Assembly: GCA_032718475.1 (NCBI GenBank)
Contig: JAUCBJ010006959.1
Coordinates: 1-64,000 of the forward strand
DNA: 64,000 nt
Direction: 5' to 3'
From: Nemertoderma westbladi
Lineage: Eukaryota; Animalia; Xenacoelomorpha
Shown: positions 1 through 12,372 of the stretch, one piece after another
Numbering within the stretch: the stretch's first letter is position 1
Layout of the letters: each line of letters begins with the position of its first letter
Program-made: the position numbers and the translations under genes
The notes under the pieces: generated by a model
What the model saw: only the letters and a program-made list of their open reading frames with translations
What the model was told of the DNA's origin: nothing
The model's database searches: none

Positions 1-1521
1 CCAGTTGAATACGAATATTTGACTTGTCTTGAGAATTCTAAGAAAGGGAGAGTCCCACATTTAGTTCGTCAACTAAATTTAAGTATAGTCGATGGCATAA
101 TTCGTTGCCGTGGCCGCATTGATAACGCTAACTTACCTTGGGAAACGAAGCAACCAATATTGTTACCACCCCAACATGCGTTTACATCATTAATAATCAT
201 CGACACCCATGAGAGAATGCATGGAGGCATTGCTAACACTATTGTTGAGCTACGCCAGCGCTGGTGGATACCTCGTATCCGTCAGCGAGTTTCGACTACA
301 ATTCGTAAATGCATTATATGTAATAAAATACAAGGTAAACCATACACCGCACCCCCACCACCCCCACTACCGAAAGTTAGAGTGGAATTTTCGAGACCAT
401 TTATTGTCTGTGGCGTAGACTACACTGGTAGTTTACTCATACAAGTTGATGATATAACAAGAAGTAAAGCCTATATAGCATTGTTTACATGTCCCGCAAC
501 TAGAGCCGTCCACCTAGAGATTGTCCTAGACAACACTGTTGATAGTTTTCTTAATGCTCTACGTAGATTTGTAGCTCGTAGAGGCCGTCCAAAACGTATT
601 ATCAGCGATAACGCTACAACTTTCGTAGCCGCCAAAGAATTCCTTGAAGAACTAGTCAATAGTGATAAAATTAAGAGATTTTTATTGTATTGGCATATCG
701 ATTGGGTCAACATACCAGTTGGCGCCCCTTGGTTTGGAGGGTTTTATGAAAGATTAATCGGTCTCTCGAAGAACATCTTCAAGAAAGTTATAGGTCGCCG
801 TATTCTAACCTTAGAAGAACTCCAAACTGTCGTTGTAGAAATAGAAGCTTTCATGAACGACCGCCCCTTGACTTACATTACATCAGATAACCGAGACCCT
901 GAACCCATAACCCCATCCCTTCTCATTTGTGGTTATCGATTCACTAGTATGAATGATTCCGTATTAGAATCCATTGATGATATTCGCAATGACCCCGACG
1001 CTGAAGAAGACGGCTCGATCCTTGTAAAACGGCAGAACGAGTTACAAAGTCTCCTTAGTACAGTTTGGGTGCGATGGCGTAAAGAATACATTACAGCACT
1101 TCGTGAATATCATCGCTGGAACACTCGTCAAACAGGCAACAAAACCCCTTCCGTAGGTGCCGTAGTCCTTATCAAACCTATCAATAACAACATTCCCCGA
1201 ATGCAGTGGCCAATGGGAATCATTACAGAACTCCATCCCGGTTTAGATGGTCATGTCCGACACGTATCATTAAAGACGAAAAATGGTTATACAAGACGTG
1301 CTATTAAGAAACTGTGCCCTTTAGAATGCACTCGTAAGATCCCTATTGACATTAATAATATAAGTACTAACCACATCACACCTATTGATGACACCAACGA
1401 TAAAAATACAATAGTTATTCGTCCGAGTGCACGCCAATCAGCAATGCAAGCGAATCAAAAAATAACAAAATACTTTGAATCAAGTGAGAGTGAAAATGAT
1501 TGGGAAAATGAAAGTATGTAA
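1..1521 (+). CDS. BEL/Pao LTR retrotransposon pol, C-terminal part (integrase + DUF5641-like tail); frame is open from base 1
   Basis: HHCC Zn finger (HERMHGG...CIIC), DDE triad (GVDYTG, ISDNATTF, GGFYERL), BEL-type tail W.RWRKEY...PRMQWPMG...GLDGHVR...KLCPLE. Confidence 0.93.
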   Translation, partial: PVEYEYLTCLENSKKGRVPHLVRQLNLSIVDGIIRCRGRIDNANLPWETKQPILLPPQHAFTSLIIIDTHERMHGGIANTIVELRQRWWIPRIRQRVSTTIRKCIICNKIQGKPYTAPPPPPLPKVRVEFSRPFIVCGVDYTGSLLIQVDDITRSKAYIALFTCPATRAVHLEIVLDNTVDSFLNALRRFVARRGRPKRIISDNATTFVAAKEFLEELVNSDKIKRFLLYWHIDWVNIPVGAPWFGGFYERLIGLSKNIFKKVIGRRILTLEELQTVVVEIEAFMNDRPLTYITSDNRDPEPITPSLLICGYRFTSMNDSVLESIDDIRNDPDAEEDGSILVKRQNELQSLLSTVWVRWRKEYITALREYHRWNTRQTGNKTPSVGAVVLIKPINNNIPRMQWPMGIITELHPGLDGHVRHVSLKTKNGYTRRAIKKLCPLECTRKIPIDINNISTNHITPIDDTNDKNTIVIRPSARQSAMQANQKITKYFESSESENDWENESM

Positions 1522-1702
1522 ATTAGTTTGTTTTATAAACCGAAAGTAATAGGAATAATGTTTTATATTAATGTGTAGAGTAGTTTATTTACGTGATAAC
1601 TAATAATAATTTGTTGCGTTTATTTGCGAATAATTAATTTAGCCGCTTTATTTTTGTGTGATTTACATTTATTTTGTCTTTCGCCAACTGGCCGGCGGAG
1701 CA

Positions 1703-1969
1703 TGTCGTAAATATAATTGGATAAGTGATATATGGTCACATTTATTGTATTACCGGTAGAATATATATAATCTGTATGTGATATCAAGATGTGGTTTTTA
1801 ACTCGTACCATCATACTGCTGTACTGTCATATTCTGTAAGTGCTGTTGTTTCAACTGGAAGTGCATAAAAGTAATATTGTGGTTAATATATCAATCAAAC
1901 TGTAAGGAATTATTGAGTCCAGCCTTTCTTTGCCAATAAACACAAACTTCCACTATACTATCCACAACA
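1703..1969 (+). mobile_element. Putative 3' LTR of the BEL/Pao element
   Basis: PPT-like GGCCGGCGGAGCA immediately before TGT at 1703; AATAAA at 1935-1940; candidate end ...ACAACA at 1969. The 5' LTR is outside the window, so the boundary is inferred. Confidence 0.62.
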
Positions 1970-2444
1970 AATTACAATACCAAAAGTTGAAAATATATAA
2001 TCCAAATACAGTAGCTTTCCGGGAACGTATATTATAAAGCACCACAAAAGTAGATTAGTTATAAAAACAACAATAGCAACAAACACGAAATAACGTGGGG
2101 CGAACCATATAGTGAGTGAAGCGTTAACATATCTGATATAATTAGGCAGATCAATTTACCAGTTCCGGGGATTTATATTAATTCCAACTCGTTTTCAAAA
2201 GATCCGGTATTTTTAAATTCCAGAATTCATAAAAATAACGAATTTGAATAATTCAAAATAAATAAAACCTGCGATACCAAATGCGAAACCTGCAATCTAA
2301 ACTGGTTAATCCTAGATAGTCTATAAAAACTTTAACACATCCGCACTAATCAAAATTATATCAGCACTACATAATACTTCGCACAACTTTAAAGGCTTGA
2401 TTAATTATTAATTACTCTAAATCCTTAGCGATGTAAATATTTAC

Positions 2445-5317
2445 AGTAGAGCAACCTAACAATGATCTCTATAATTGTGGACTCTACCCAACCAGGGTTA
2501 AACTATAGTAGGAAAAACTAGCAGTGGTAGAATTATAGTAGAACAACCCAACAGTGGTAGAATTATAGTAGAACAACTCAACAGTGGTAGAATTATAGTA
2601 GAACAACCCAACAGTGGTAGAATTATAGTAGAACAACCCAACAATAGTAGAATTATAGTAGAACAACCTAACAATGATCTCTATAATTGTGGACTCTACC
2701 CAACCAGGGTTAAACTATAGTAGGAAAAACTAGCAGTGGTAGAATTATAGTAGAACAACCCAACAGTGGTAGAATTATAGTAGAACAACCCAACAGTGGT
2801 AGAATTATAGTAGAACAACCCAGCAGTGGTAGAATTATAGTAGAACAACCCAACAGTAGTATAATTATAGTATAAAAACCCAACAATGGTATAATTATAG
2901 TAGAACAACCCAACAGTGGTAGAATTATAGTAGAACAACCCAACAGTGGTAGAATTATAGTAGAACAACCCAACAGAGGTAGAATTATAGTAGAGCAACC
3001 CAACAGTGGTAGAATTATAGTAGAACAACCCAACAGTGGTAGAATTATATTAGAATAACCCAACAGCGGTAGAATTATAGTAGAACAACCCAACAGTGGT
3101 AGAATTACAGTAGAACAACCCAACAGTGGTATAATTATAGTATAACAACAGAACAGTGGTAGAATTATAGTAGAACCACCCAACAGGAGTAGAATTATAG
3201 TATAACAACCTAACAGTGGTATAATTATAGTAGAACAACCCAACAGTGGTAGAATTACAGTAGAACAACCCAACAGTGGTATAATTATAGTATAACAACA
3301 GAACAGCGGTAGAATTATAGTAGAACCACCCAACAGGAGTAGAATTATAGTATAACAACCTAACAGTGGTAGAATTATAGTATAACAACCCAACAGTGGT
3401 AGAATTATAGTAGAACAACCCAACAGAACCCAACAGTGGTAGAATTATAGTATAACAACCCAACAGAGGTAGAATTATAGTAGAACAACCCAACAGGAGT
3501 AGAATTATAGTATAACAACCTAACAGTGGTAGAATTATAGTATAACAACCCAACAGTGGTAGAATTATAGTAGAACAACCCAACAGTGGTAGAATTATAG
3601 TATAACAACCCAACAGAGGTAGAATTATAGTAGAACAACCCAATAGTGGTAGAATTATAGTAGAACAACCCAACAGAGGTAGAATTATAGTATAACAACC
3701 CAACAGTGGTATAATTATAGTATAACAACCCAACAGTGGTAGAATTATAGTAGAACAACCCAACAGAACCCAACAGTGGTAGAATTATAGTATAACAACC
3801 CAACAGAGGTAGAATTATAGTAGAACAACCCAACAGAGGTAGAATTATAGTATAACAACCCAACAGTGGTAGAATTATAGTAGAACAATCCAACAGTAGT
3901 AGAATTATAGTAGAACAACTAAACAGTGGTAGAATTATAGTAGAACAACCCAATAGTGGTAGAATTATAGTAGAACAACCCAACAGTGGTAGAATTATAG
4001 TAGAACAACCCAACAGTGGTAGAATTATAGTAGACCAACCCAATAGTGGTAGAATTATAGTAGAACAACCCAATAGTGGTAGAATTATAGTAGAACAACC
4101 CAACAGAGGTAGAATTATAGTATAACAACCCAACAGTGGTAGAATTATAGTAGAACAACCCAACAGTGGTAGAATTATAGTAGAACAACCCAACAGTGGT
4201 AGAATTATAGTAGACCAACCCAACAGTAGTATAATTATAGTGGAACAACCCAACAGTGGTAGAATTATAGTAGAACAACCCAACAGAGGTAGAATTATAG
4301 TGGAACAACCCAACAGTAGTAGAATTATAGTAGAACAACCCAACAGTGGTAGAATTATAGTAGAACAACCCAACAGAGGTAGAATTATAGTGGAACAACC
4401 CAACAGAGGTAGAATTATAGTATAACAACCCAACAGTGGTAGAATTATAGTAGAACAACCCAACAGTGGTAGAATTATAGTAGAACAACCCAATAGTGGT
4501 AGAATTATAGTAGAACAACCCAACAGAGGTAGAATTATAGTATAACAACCCAACAGTGGTAGAATTATAGTAGAACAACCCAACAGTGGTAGAATTATAG
4601 TAGAACAACCCAACAGTGGTAGAATTATAGTAGAACAACCCAATAGTGGTAGAATTATAGTAGAACAACCCAACAGTGGTAGAATTATAGTAGAACAACC
4701 CAATAGTGGTAGAATTATAGTAGAACAACCCAACAGAGGTAGAATTATAGTATAACAACCCAACAGTGGTAGAATTATAGTAGAACAACCCAACAGTGGT
4801 AGAATTATAGTAGAACAACCCAACAGTGGTAGAATTATAGTAGAACAACCCAATAGTGGTAGAATTATAGTGGAACAACCCAACAGAGGTAGAATTATAG
4901 TATAACAACCCAACAGTGGTAGAATTATAGTAGAACAACCCAACAGTGGTAGAATTATAGTAGAACAACCCAATAGTGGTAGAATTATAGTAGAACAACC
5001 CAACAGTGGTAGAATTATAGTGGAACAACCCAACAGTAGTAGAATTATAGTAGAACAACCCAACAGTGGTAGAATTATAGTAGAACAACCCAACAGAGGT
5101 AGAATTATAGTAGAACAACTAAACAGTGGTAGAATTATAGTATAACAATCCAACAGTGGTAGAATTATAGTAGAACAACCCAACAGAGGTAGAATTATAG
5201 TAGAACAACTAAACAGTGGTATAATTATAGTATAACAACCCAACAGTGGTAGAATTATAGTAGAACAACCCAATAGTGGTAGAATTATAGTAGAACAACC
5301 CAACAGTGGTATAATTC
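2445..5317. repeat. 30-bp minisatellite (ACAGTGGTAGAATTATAGTAGAACAACCCA), roughly 90 copies
   Basis: Visible 30-bp periodicity; ends exactly at the ankyrin-gene stop codon; a ~212-bp degenerate edge block is duplicated at ~2455 and ~2667. Confidence 0.97.
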
Positions 5318-6591
5318 TTAGTAAGTCTCGGAATCAGAGGTATCGTCATTTGGAGTTGCCGGTATATTATTAGCGATGACGTCATCCTCCTCATCGCCGC
5401 TGGTAGCTGAGTAACTTCCGGCGGGGTAGGGCGCGATCTGCATAGCGGATAGAATGAGAGCGAGACAGTCGCCTACATTCTGGTTGGGGCAGCACGCGAG
5501 CGCCGGGGTCTGTCCGTTATCATCAACAAGTACAACGCTGGAACCCTTTATCAAGAGTTCCCGCACTACAGAGAACATTCCTCTATTGGCCGCTAGATGG
5601 AGCGCTATGCGACCCTCCGCGTTCTGCTGGTTAACCAACGCGTCGTCCGTCCGCTCCAACAGCAGCAACGCCGCGGTCACGTGACCCCCCTCGCAGGCCA
5701 GATGGAGCGGCAGATTGCCGTCTCCGTCCAGCAGTCTGGGGTCCGCGCTCGCCGTTGTTAGTAGCCACTCGACGCTGGTGGACTGACCGCGCTCGGCGGC
5801 GCGCATCAGCGCGGTGCGTCCCGCCCCGTCGGCCAGGTCCACGGACGCGCCGTGGGCCAGCAGCAGCTGGGCGCACTCGATGTAGTCGTGGTGGGCGGCC
5901 ACGTGGAGAGCGGTGCGCCCTCTGGCGTCGCGGGCGTTAACCGCCGCCGCCGCCTCGGCGAACTCTTCCAGCGCCTCTAGCAGCAGTTCCGCGCACATGT
6001 CCTGGTCCCGGGCGACCGCGCAGTGCAGCGGTGTGGCGCTCCCGGTCGCGAACCAACCAATCAGCGTCGAGGACTCGCAGCGCTCGAGCAGCTGTTCCAC
6101 GCAGGACTCCCGGCCGAGATAGGCGGCCCAGTGCAGCGGCGTGTAACCTTGGGCGTCCAGGGTGCCCCACAAGGGCGTCCTGGGTGCCTCCAGCGTCGCC
6201 CACTCGCACTCGTCCAGGAGTCTGTTCAGCAGGTTGGCGTGGCCCCCGGCCGCAGCCATATGGACTGCGGTGTGACCCCGGACGTCCTGCCATGTGACCA
6301 AGCCATTTGTGCCGCACAGGGAGTCCACCGCCTCCTCGTGACCGTTGGCGGCACCCCGATGTAGCGCCCCCCTGCGGTAGACATCGGTAGCCTCCACGTC
6401 GGCTCCCGTCCGTATGAGGTAGTCAGCAGCCTCGATGTGACCCCCGCCAACCGCCACCATTAACGGGGTCCGCTCCCATTGGTCGCGGTCGTTGATTGCG
6501 TCTGATGTGTCCGCAGACTGGACTAGGAGACGTAGACACTCGGTGTGCCCCCCAGCGGCCGATGCGTGAAGCGGAGAACGTCGACCGCCAC
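5318..6591 (-). CDS. ANKRD28: PP6 regulatory ankyrin repeat subunit (ANKRD28-like), last coding exon
   Basis: Ankyrin repeats collinear with ANKRD28/44/52 (RSPLHASAAGGHTECLRLL, GQTPALACCPN..VGDCLALIL) and C-terminal SDSETY*; phase-1 acceptor ttacag| at 6593-6592 (alternative phase-1 acceptor near 6640). Confidence 0.88.
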
Positions 6592-6670
6592 CTGTAACAT
6601 CATACAATCCATTTAAATCGGTGCAATGGCATGTGTTATCTAACGGGTATAATTCTATTATAAACACTGA

Positions 6671-9117
6671 AGAGTCTATGGTGTGGGATGTTCCTTGAGT
6701 CTATGGTGTGGGATGTTCCTAGAGTCTATGCTGTGGGATGTTCCTTGAGTCTATGGTGTGGGATGTTCCTTGAGTCTATGGTGTGGGATGTTCTTAGAGT
6801 CTATGGTGTGGGATGTTCCTTGAGTCTATGGTGTGGTATGTTCCTTGAGTCTATGGTGTGGGATGTTCCTTGAGTCGAGTCTATGGTGTGGGATGTTCCT
6901 TGAGTCTATGGTGTGGGATGTTCCTTGAGTCTATGGCGTGGTATGTTCCTTGAGTCTATGGTGTGGGATGTTCCTTGAGTCTATGGTGTGGGATGTTCCT
7001 TGAGTCTATGGTGTGGGATGTTCCTTGAGTCTATGGTGTGGGATGTTCCTTGAGTCTATGGTGTGGGGTGTTCCTAGAGTCTATGGTGTGGGATGTTCCT
7101 TGAGTCTATGGTGTGGGATGTTCCTAGAGTATATGGTGTGGGATGTTCCTTGAGTCTATTGTGTGCGATGTTCCTAGAGTCTATGGTGTGGGATGTTCCT
7201 TGGGTCTATGGTGTGGGATATTCCTAGAGTCTATGGTGTGGAATGTTCCTTGAGTCTATGGTGTGGTATGTCCTTGAGTCTATGGTGTGGGATGTGTTGA
7301 GTCTATGGTGTGGGATGTTCCTAGAGTCTATGGTGTGGGATGTTCCTAGAGTCTATGGTGTGGGATGTTCCTAGAGTCTATGGTGTGGGATATTCCTAGA
7401 GTCTATGGTGTGGAATGTTCCTTGAGTCTATGGTGTGGGATGTTCCTTGAGTCTATGGTGTGGGATGTGTTGAGTCTATGGTGTCGGATGTTCCTAGAGT
7501 CTATGGTGTGGGATGTTCCTTGAGTCTATGGTGTGGGATGTTCCTAGAGTCTATGGTGTGGGATGTTCCTTAAGTCTATGGTGTGGGATATTCCTTGAGC
7601 CTATGGCGTGGGATGTTCCTTGAGTCTATGGTGTGGGGTGTTCCTAGAGTCTATGGTGTGGTATGTTCCTTGAGTCTATGGTGTGGGATGTTCCTACAGT
7701 CTATGGTGTGGGATGTTCCTTGAGTCAATGGTGTGGGATGTTCCTTGAGCCTAAGGTGTGGGATGTTCCTTGAGTCTATGGTGTGGGATGCTCCTCGAGT
7801 CTATGGTGTGGGATGTTCCTAGAGTCTATGGTGTGGGATATTCCTTGAGCCTATGGTGTGGGATATTCCTTGAGTCTATGGTGTGGGATGTTCCTAGAGT
7901 CTATGGTGTGGTATGTTCCTTGAGTCTATGGTGTGGGATGTGTTGAGTCTATGGTGTGGGATGTTCCTAGAGTCTATGGTGTGGGATGTTCCTAGAGTCT
8001 ATGGTGTGGAATGTTCCTTGAGTCTATGGTGTGGGATGTTCCTGAGTCTATGGTGTGGGATGTTCCTAGAGTCTAAGGTGTGGGATGTTCCTTAAGTCTA
8101 TTGTGTGGGATATTCCTTGAGTCTATGGTGTGCTATGTTCCTTGAGTCTATGGTGTGGGATGTTCCTTGAGTCTATGGTGTGGGATGTTCCTAGAGTCTA
8201 TGGTGTGGGATGTTCCTTGAGTCTATGGTGTGGGATGTGTTGAGTCTATGGTGTGGGATGTTCCTAGAGTCTATGGTGTGGGATGTTCCTTGAGTCTATG
8301 GTGTGGGATGTTCCTAGAGTCTATGGTGTGGGATGTTCCTAAAGTCTATGGTGTGGGATGTTCTTGAGTCTATGGTGTGGGATGTTCTTAGAGTCTATGG
8401 TGTGGGATGTTCCTTGAGTCTATGGTGTGGTATGTTCCTTGAGTCTATGGTGTGGGATGTTCCTTGAGTCGAGTCTATGGTGTGGGATGTTCCTTGAGTC
8501 TATGGTGTGGGATGTTCCTTGAGTCTATGGCGTGGTATGTCCCTTGAGTCTATGGTGTGGGATGTTCCTTGAGTCTATGGTGTGGGATGTTCCTTGAGTC
8601 TATGGTGTGGGATGTTCCTTGAGTCTATGGTGTGGGATGTTCCTTGAGTCTATGGTGTGGGGTGTTCCTAGAGTCTATGGTGTGGGATGTTCCTTGAGTC
8701 TATGGTGTGGGATGTTCCTTAAGTCTATTGTGTGGGATGTTCCTAGAGTCTATGGTGTGGGATATGTTGAGTCTATGGTGTGGGATGTTCCTAGAGTCTA
8801 TGGTGTGGGATGTTCCTTAAGTCTATTGTGTGGGATGTTCCTAGAGTCTATGGTGTGGGATATGTTGAGTCTATGGTGTGGGATGTTCCTAGAGTCTATG
8901 GTGTGGGATGTTCCTAGAGTCTATGGTGTGGGATGTTCCTTGAGTCTATGGTGTGGGATGTTCCTAGAGTCTATGGTGTGGTATGTTCCTTGAGTCTATG
9001 GTGTGGGATGTGTTGAGTCTATGGTGTCGGATGTTCCTAGAGTCTATGGTGTGGGATGTTCCTAGAGTCTATGGTGTGGGATGTTCCTTGAGTCTATGAT
9101 ATGGGATGTTCCTTGAG
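6671..9117. repeat. 25-bp minisatellite (GAGTCTATGGTGTGGGATGTTCCTT) in intron 2, roughly 95-100 copies
   Basis: Direct periodicity; the variant GAGTCGAGTC recurs at ~6872 and ~8466, marking a ~1.6-kb higher-order duplication. Confidence 0.97.
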
Positions 9118-9374
9118 ATGACTGTAAAGTCAATGGGCAACCTGCGGTTACTAATGTAATAATAATATAAGTGATTTTTTTAACTAAAGTATATGAACAA
9201 TTATTAATCGATGGCACATGAAATCAGTCAGCCCTGGGCAGCGCTTACAAGTTAAATGCAATCGAGCGAATGCGCTATTATACCTTGGGATTAGTGGGCT
9301 CAGTAGGTCATGACAATTTGTCAGGTGCAGCTTTGACACAAAATCGGAACTAGCATGGAGTAACCGGGTCTCTG

Positions 9375-9880
9375 ACAGTACCTATACCTATAGATGCTCC
9401 CTGCAGTAGCAGGGTCTCTACCAGTACCTACCTATAGATGCTCCCTGGAGTAGGAGGGTCTCTAACAGTACCTACCTATAGATGCACCCTGGAGTAGGAG
9501 GGTCTCTCTCTAACAGTACCTACCTATAGATGCACCCTGGAGTAGGAGGGTCTCTCTCTAACAGTACCTACCTATAGATGCACCCTGGAGTAGGAGGGTC
9601 TCTAACAGTACCTACCTATAGATGCACCCTGGAGTAGGAGGGTCTCTCTCTAACAGTACCTACCTATAGATGCACCCTGGAGTAGGAGGGTCTCTCTCTA
9701 ACAGTACCTACCTATAGATGCACCCTGGAGTAGGAGGGTCTCTAACAGTACCTACCTATAGATGCACCCTGGAGTAGGAGGGTCTCTAACAGTACCTACC
9801 TACCTATAGATGCACCCTGGAGTAGGAGGGTCTCTAACAGTACCTACCTATAGATGCACCCTGGAGGAGGAGTGTCTCTA
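9375..9880 (-). repeat. 44/48-bp tandem repeat made of the exon-2 3' end plus its splice donor, 11 copies including the exon copy
   Basis: Minus-strand unit TAGAGACCCTCCTACTCCAGGGTGCATCTATAG|GTAGGTACTGT encodes ETLLLQGASI followed by a donor. Confidence 0.93.
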
Positions 9881-12372
9881 CAGCATCTACATGTCCTTTT
9901 GATGCTGCGAAATCCAACGGAGTTCGTCCATTGCGGTCCTCCGCGTCAACATCGATAAAATCTTTAAACAGCAGCTCCAAGGCCTCGGCATGGCCAGCAT
10001 GGGCTGCGAGATGCAGCGGTGTTACCGGGTTCGCGCGCTCACACGCAGATGCAACCTCCGCCGGCAACTCTTCTGACAAAACGACCAGGGTTCCTTTCCG
10101 TCCAGCCAAAGCCGCGTAATGAAACGCCGTGAAGTTCTGTTCATCCCGCAGTCGCTTGATGGCCCCGTGGGTCACTAGGAGGTCGACCACCCTTCCGCTG
10201 ACGTCTGACGCGGCTGCGTAATGGAGCGGCGTGCCACCCTTAGTATCCCGATGGTTGACACGGCCACCCTCAGTCAGTAGCGTCGCTACGCACTGGTAAT
10301 TGGATGATGCAGCTGCGTAATGCAACGGAAGTCTCCCCGCTTCGTCCTCAGCTCCAGTAGAGTACCCTGTGGTAACCAGTAGCACCACGATCTCCATACA
10401 CCCCCCAGCGGCAGCGCAGTGCAGCGCCGTTCTACCAGCATCGTCGCGTAAGTCCACCGCCGGTCCCGTTGATAGGAGACGTTTACATACACCGACATGG
10501 CATCGGTACACAGCAAGGTGGAGCGGTGTAGCCCCGTCGCAACCGCGACGTTGCGGATTGGCTCCGTAGGTTAATAGCGTAGCTAGTAGGAGTTCGTGGC
10601 CGTGTTGGGCAGCGAGGTGGAGAGCCGTGTTCCCGTCAGAGTCGAGGGAATCTATGAAGGGAGGGAGGGAAGATGGATGGGTCGAAGGAGTGAGGGAGGA
10701 TGGGTGGGTTGAAGGTGGGAGGGAGGTTGTGTATTTGGAAGAGAAAGGTTGAGTTGGGGAATACTTGGTAGAGGGAGATTGGGTTGGTAAAGATTGAGTT
10801 GGAGAAGATTGAGTTGGTGAAGATTGGGTTAGTGAAGATTGGGTTGGTGAAGATTGAGTTGGTGAAGATTGAGTTGGTGAAGATAGAGTTGGGAAAGATT
10901 GGGTTGGTAGAGATTGAGTTGGTGAAGATTGAGTTGGTGAAGATTGAGTTGGTGAAGATTGAGTTGGTGAAGATTGAGTTGGTGAAGATTGGGTTGGTGA
11001 AGATTGAGTTGGTGAAGATTGGTTTGGTGAAGATTGAGTTGGTGAAGATTGAGTTGGTGAAGATTGGGTTGGTGAAGATTGGATTGGTGAAGATTGAGTT
11101 GGTGAAGATTGAGTTGGTGAAGATTGAGTTGGTGAAGATTGAGTTGGTGAAGATTGAGTTGGTGAAAATTGGATTGGGGAAGATTGAGTTGGTGAAGATT
11201 GAGTTGGTGAAGATTGAGTTGGGGAAGATTGAGTTGGTGAAGATTGAGTTGGTGAAGATTGAGTTGGTGAAGATTGAGTTGGTGAAGATTGGGTTGGTGA
11301 AGATTGAGTTGGTGAAGATTGGTTTGGTGAAGATTGAGTTGGTGAAGATTGAGTTGGTGAAGATTGGGTTGGTGAAGATTGGATTGGTGAAGATTGAGTT
11401 GGTGAAGATTGGTTTGGTGAAGATTGGGTTGGTGAAGATTGGATTGGTGAAGATTGAGTTGGTGAAGATTGAGTTGGTGAAGATTGAGTTGGTGAAGATT
11501 GAGTTGGTGAAGATTGAGTTGGTGAAAATTGGATTGGGGAAGATTGAGTTGGTGAAGATTGAGTTGGTGAAGATTGAGTTGGGGAAGATTGAGTTGGTGA
11601 AGATTGAGTTGGTGAAGATTGAGTTGGTGAAGATTGAGTTGGGGAAGATTGAGTTGGTGAAGATTGAGTTGGTGAAGATTGAGTTGGTGAAGATTGAGTT
11701 GGTGTAGATTGAGTTGGTGAAGATTGAGTTGATGAAGATTGGGTTAGTGAAGATTTAGTTGGTGAAGATTGAGTTGGGGAAGATTGAGTTGGTGAAGATT
11801 GAGTTGGTGAAGATTGAGTTGGTGAAGATTGAGTTGGTGAAGATTGAGTTGGTGAAGATTGAGTTGGTGAAGATTGAATTGGTGACGATTGAGTTGGGGA
11901 AGATTGAGTTGGGGAAGATTGGGTTGGTGACGATTGGGTTGGTGACGATTGGGTTGGTGAAGATTGGGTTGGCGACGATTGGGTTGGTAGAGATTGGGTG
12001 GGGGTACATTGTGGGTGTTGAGTCGGGGAAGGCTCAGTAGATAGACGAGTCATTGGGAGCGTAAGTTCGGAGGTTGGCGATGTTACAGTAGGTTGCGTTG
12101 TAGAGGTATTACTAGAGATATTAGTAGTAGGTTGCTGATCGGTGGGCATCAGTTCATTAGGCGTCTCTGAATGTTCAGCGTGTGTCTGTTTACTGGAGGG
12201 TTGGATAGTGGATGTCTGTTTGTTATGTGGGTGATTAGTTTGTGTCAGATCGGTGGGTTTCTGTTTGTTAGGTGGCTGTTCAGTGTTTGCCTGATCGGTG
12301 GGTGGTTGAGGTAAGGTTTGTGACGTTGTAGAAGGGACCGCGTCCAGATCCAACTCAAATGTATCATCATCA
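9848..12372 (-). CDS. ANKRD28: ANKRD28-like gene, middle coding exon (Pro/Thr/Ser-rich insert followed by ankyrin repeats)
   Basis: IDSLDSDGNTALHLAAQHGHELL...GRTPLDFAASKGHVDAVETLLLQGASI matches the family; phase-2 acceptor ttgttttgattgtcctag| at 12373; phase-1 donor G|GTAGGT at 9847; the three exons sum to 4818 nt (1605 aa + stop). Confidence 0.82.
10790..12000 (-). repeat. 15-bp coding minisatellite (CCAACTCAATCTTCA = PTQSS), about 80 copies
   Basis: Direct periodicity; the variant block GGTGAAAATTGGATTGGGGA recurs at 11161 and 11521 (360-bp higher-order duplication). Confidence 0.96.

Noticed and set aside
2484-5394. Long ORFs (LLGCSTIILP)n and (VGLFYYNSTT)n up to 632 aa
   Set aside because: Artefacts of a stop-free 30-bp unit, open in two frames and lying downstream of the real stop codon
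5454-6450. Several overlapping antisense and alternate-frame ORFs (also 9931-10569, 10784-12040 and 13623-14047)
   Set aside because: Shadows of GC-rich or repetitive ankyrin-gene exons
6688-8993. ORFs in the 25-bp array
   Set aside because: The unit is not a multiple of 3; these are repeat translations
10652-10680. Strong-looking acceptor just before IDSLDSDG that would skip the PTQSS tract
   Set aside because: It is phase 1; joining it to the canonical phase-2 donor at 12998 creates TGA. It is usable only with a weak or unseen donor.
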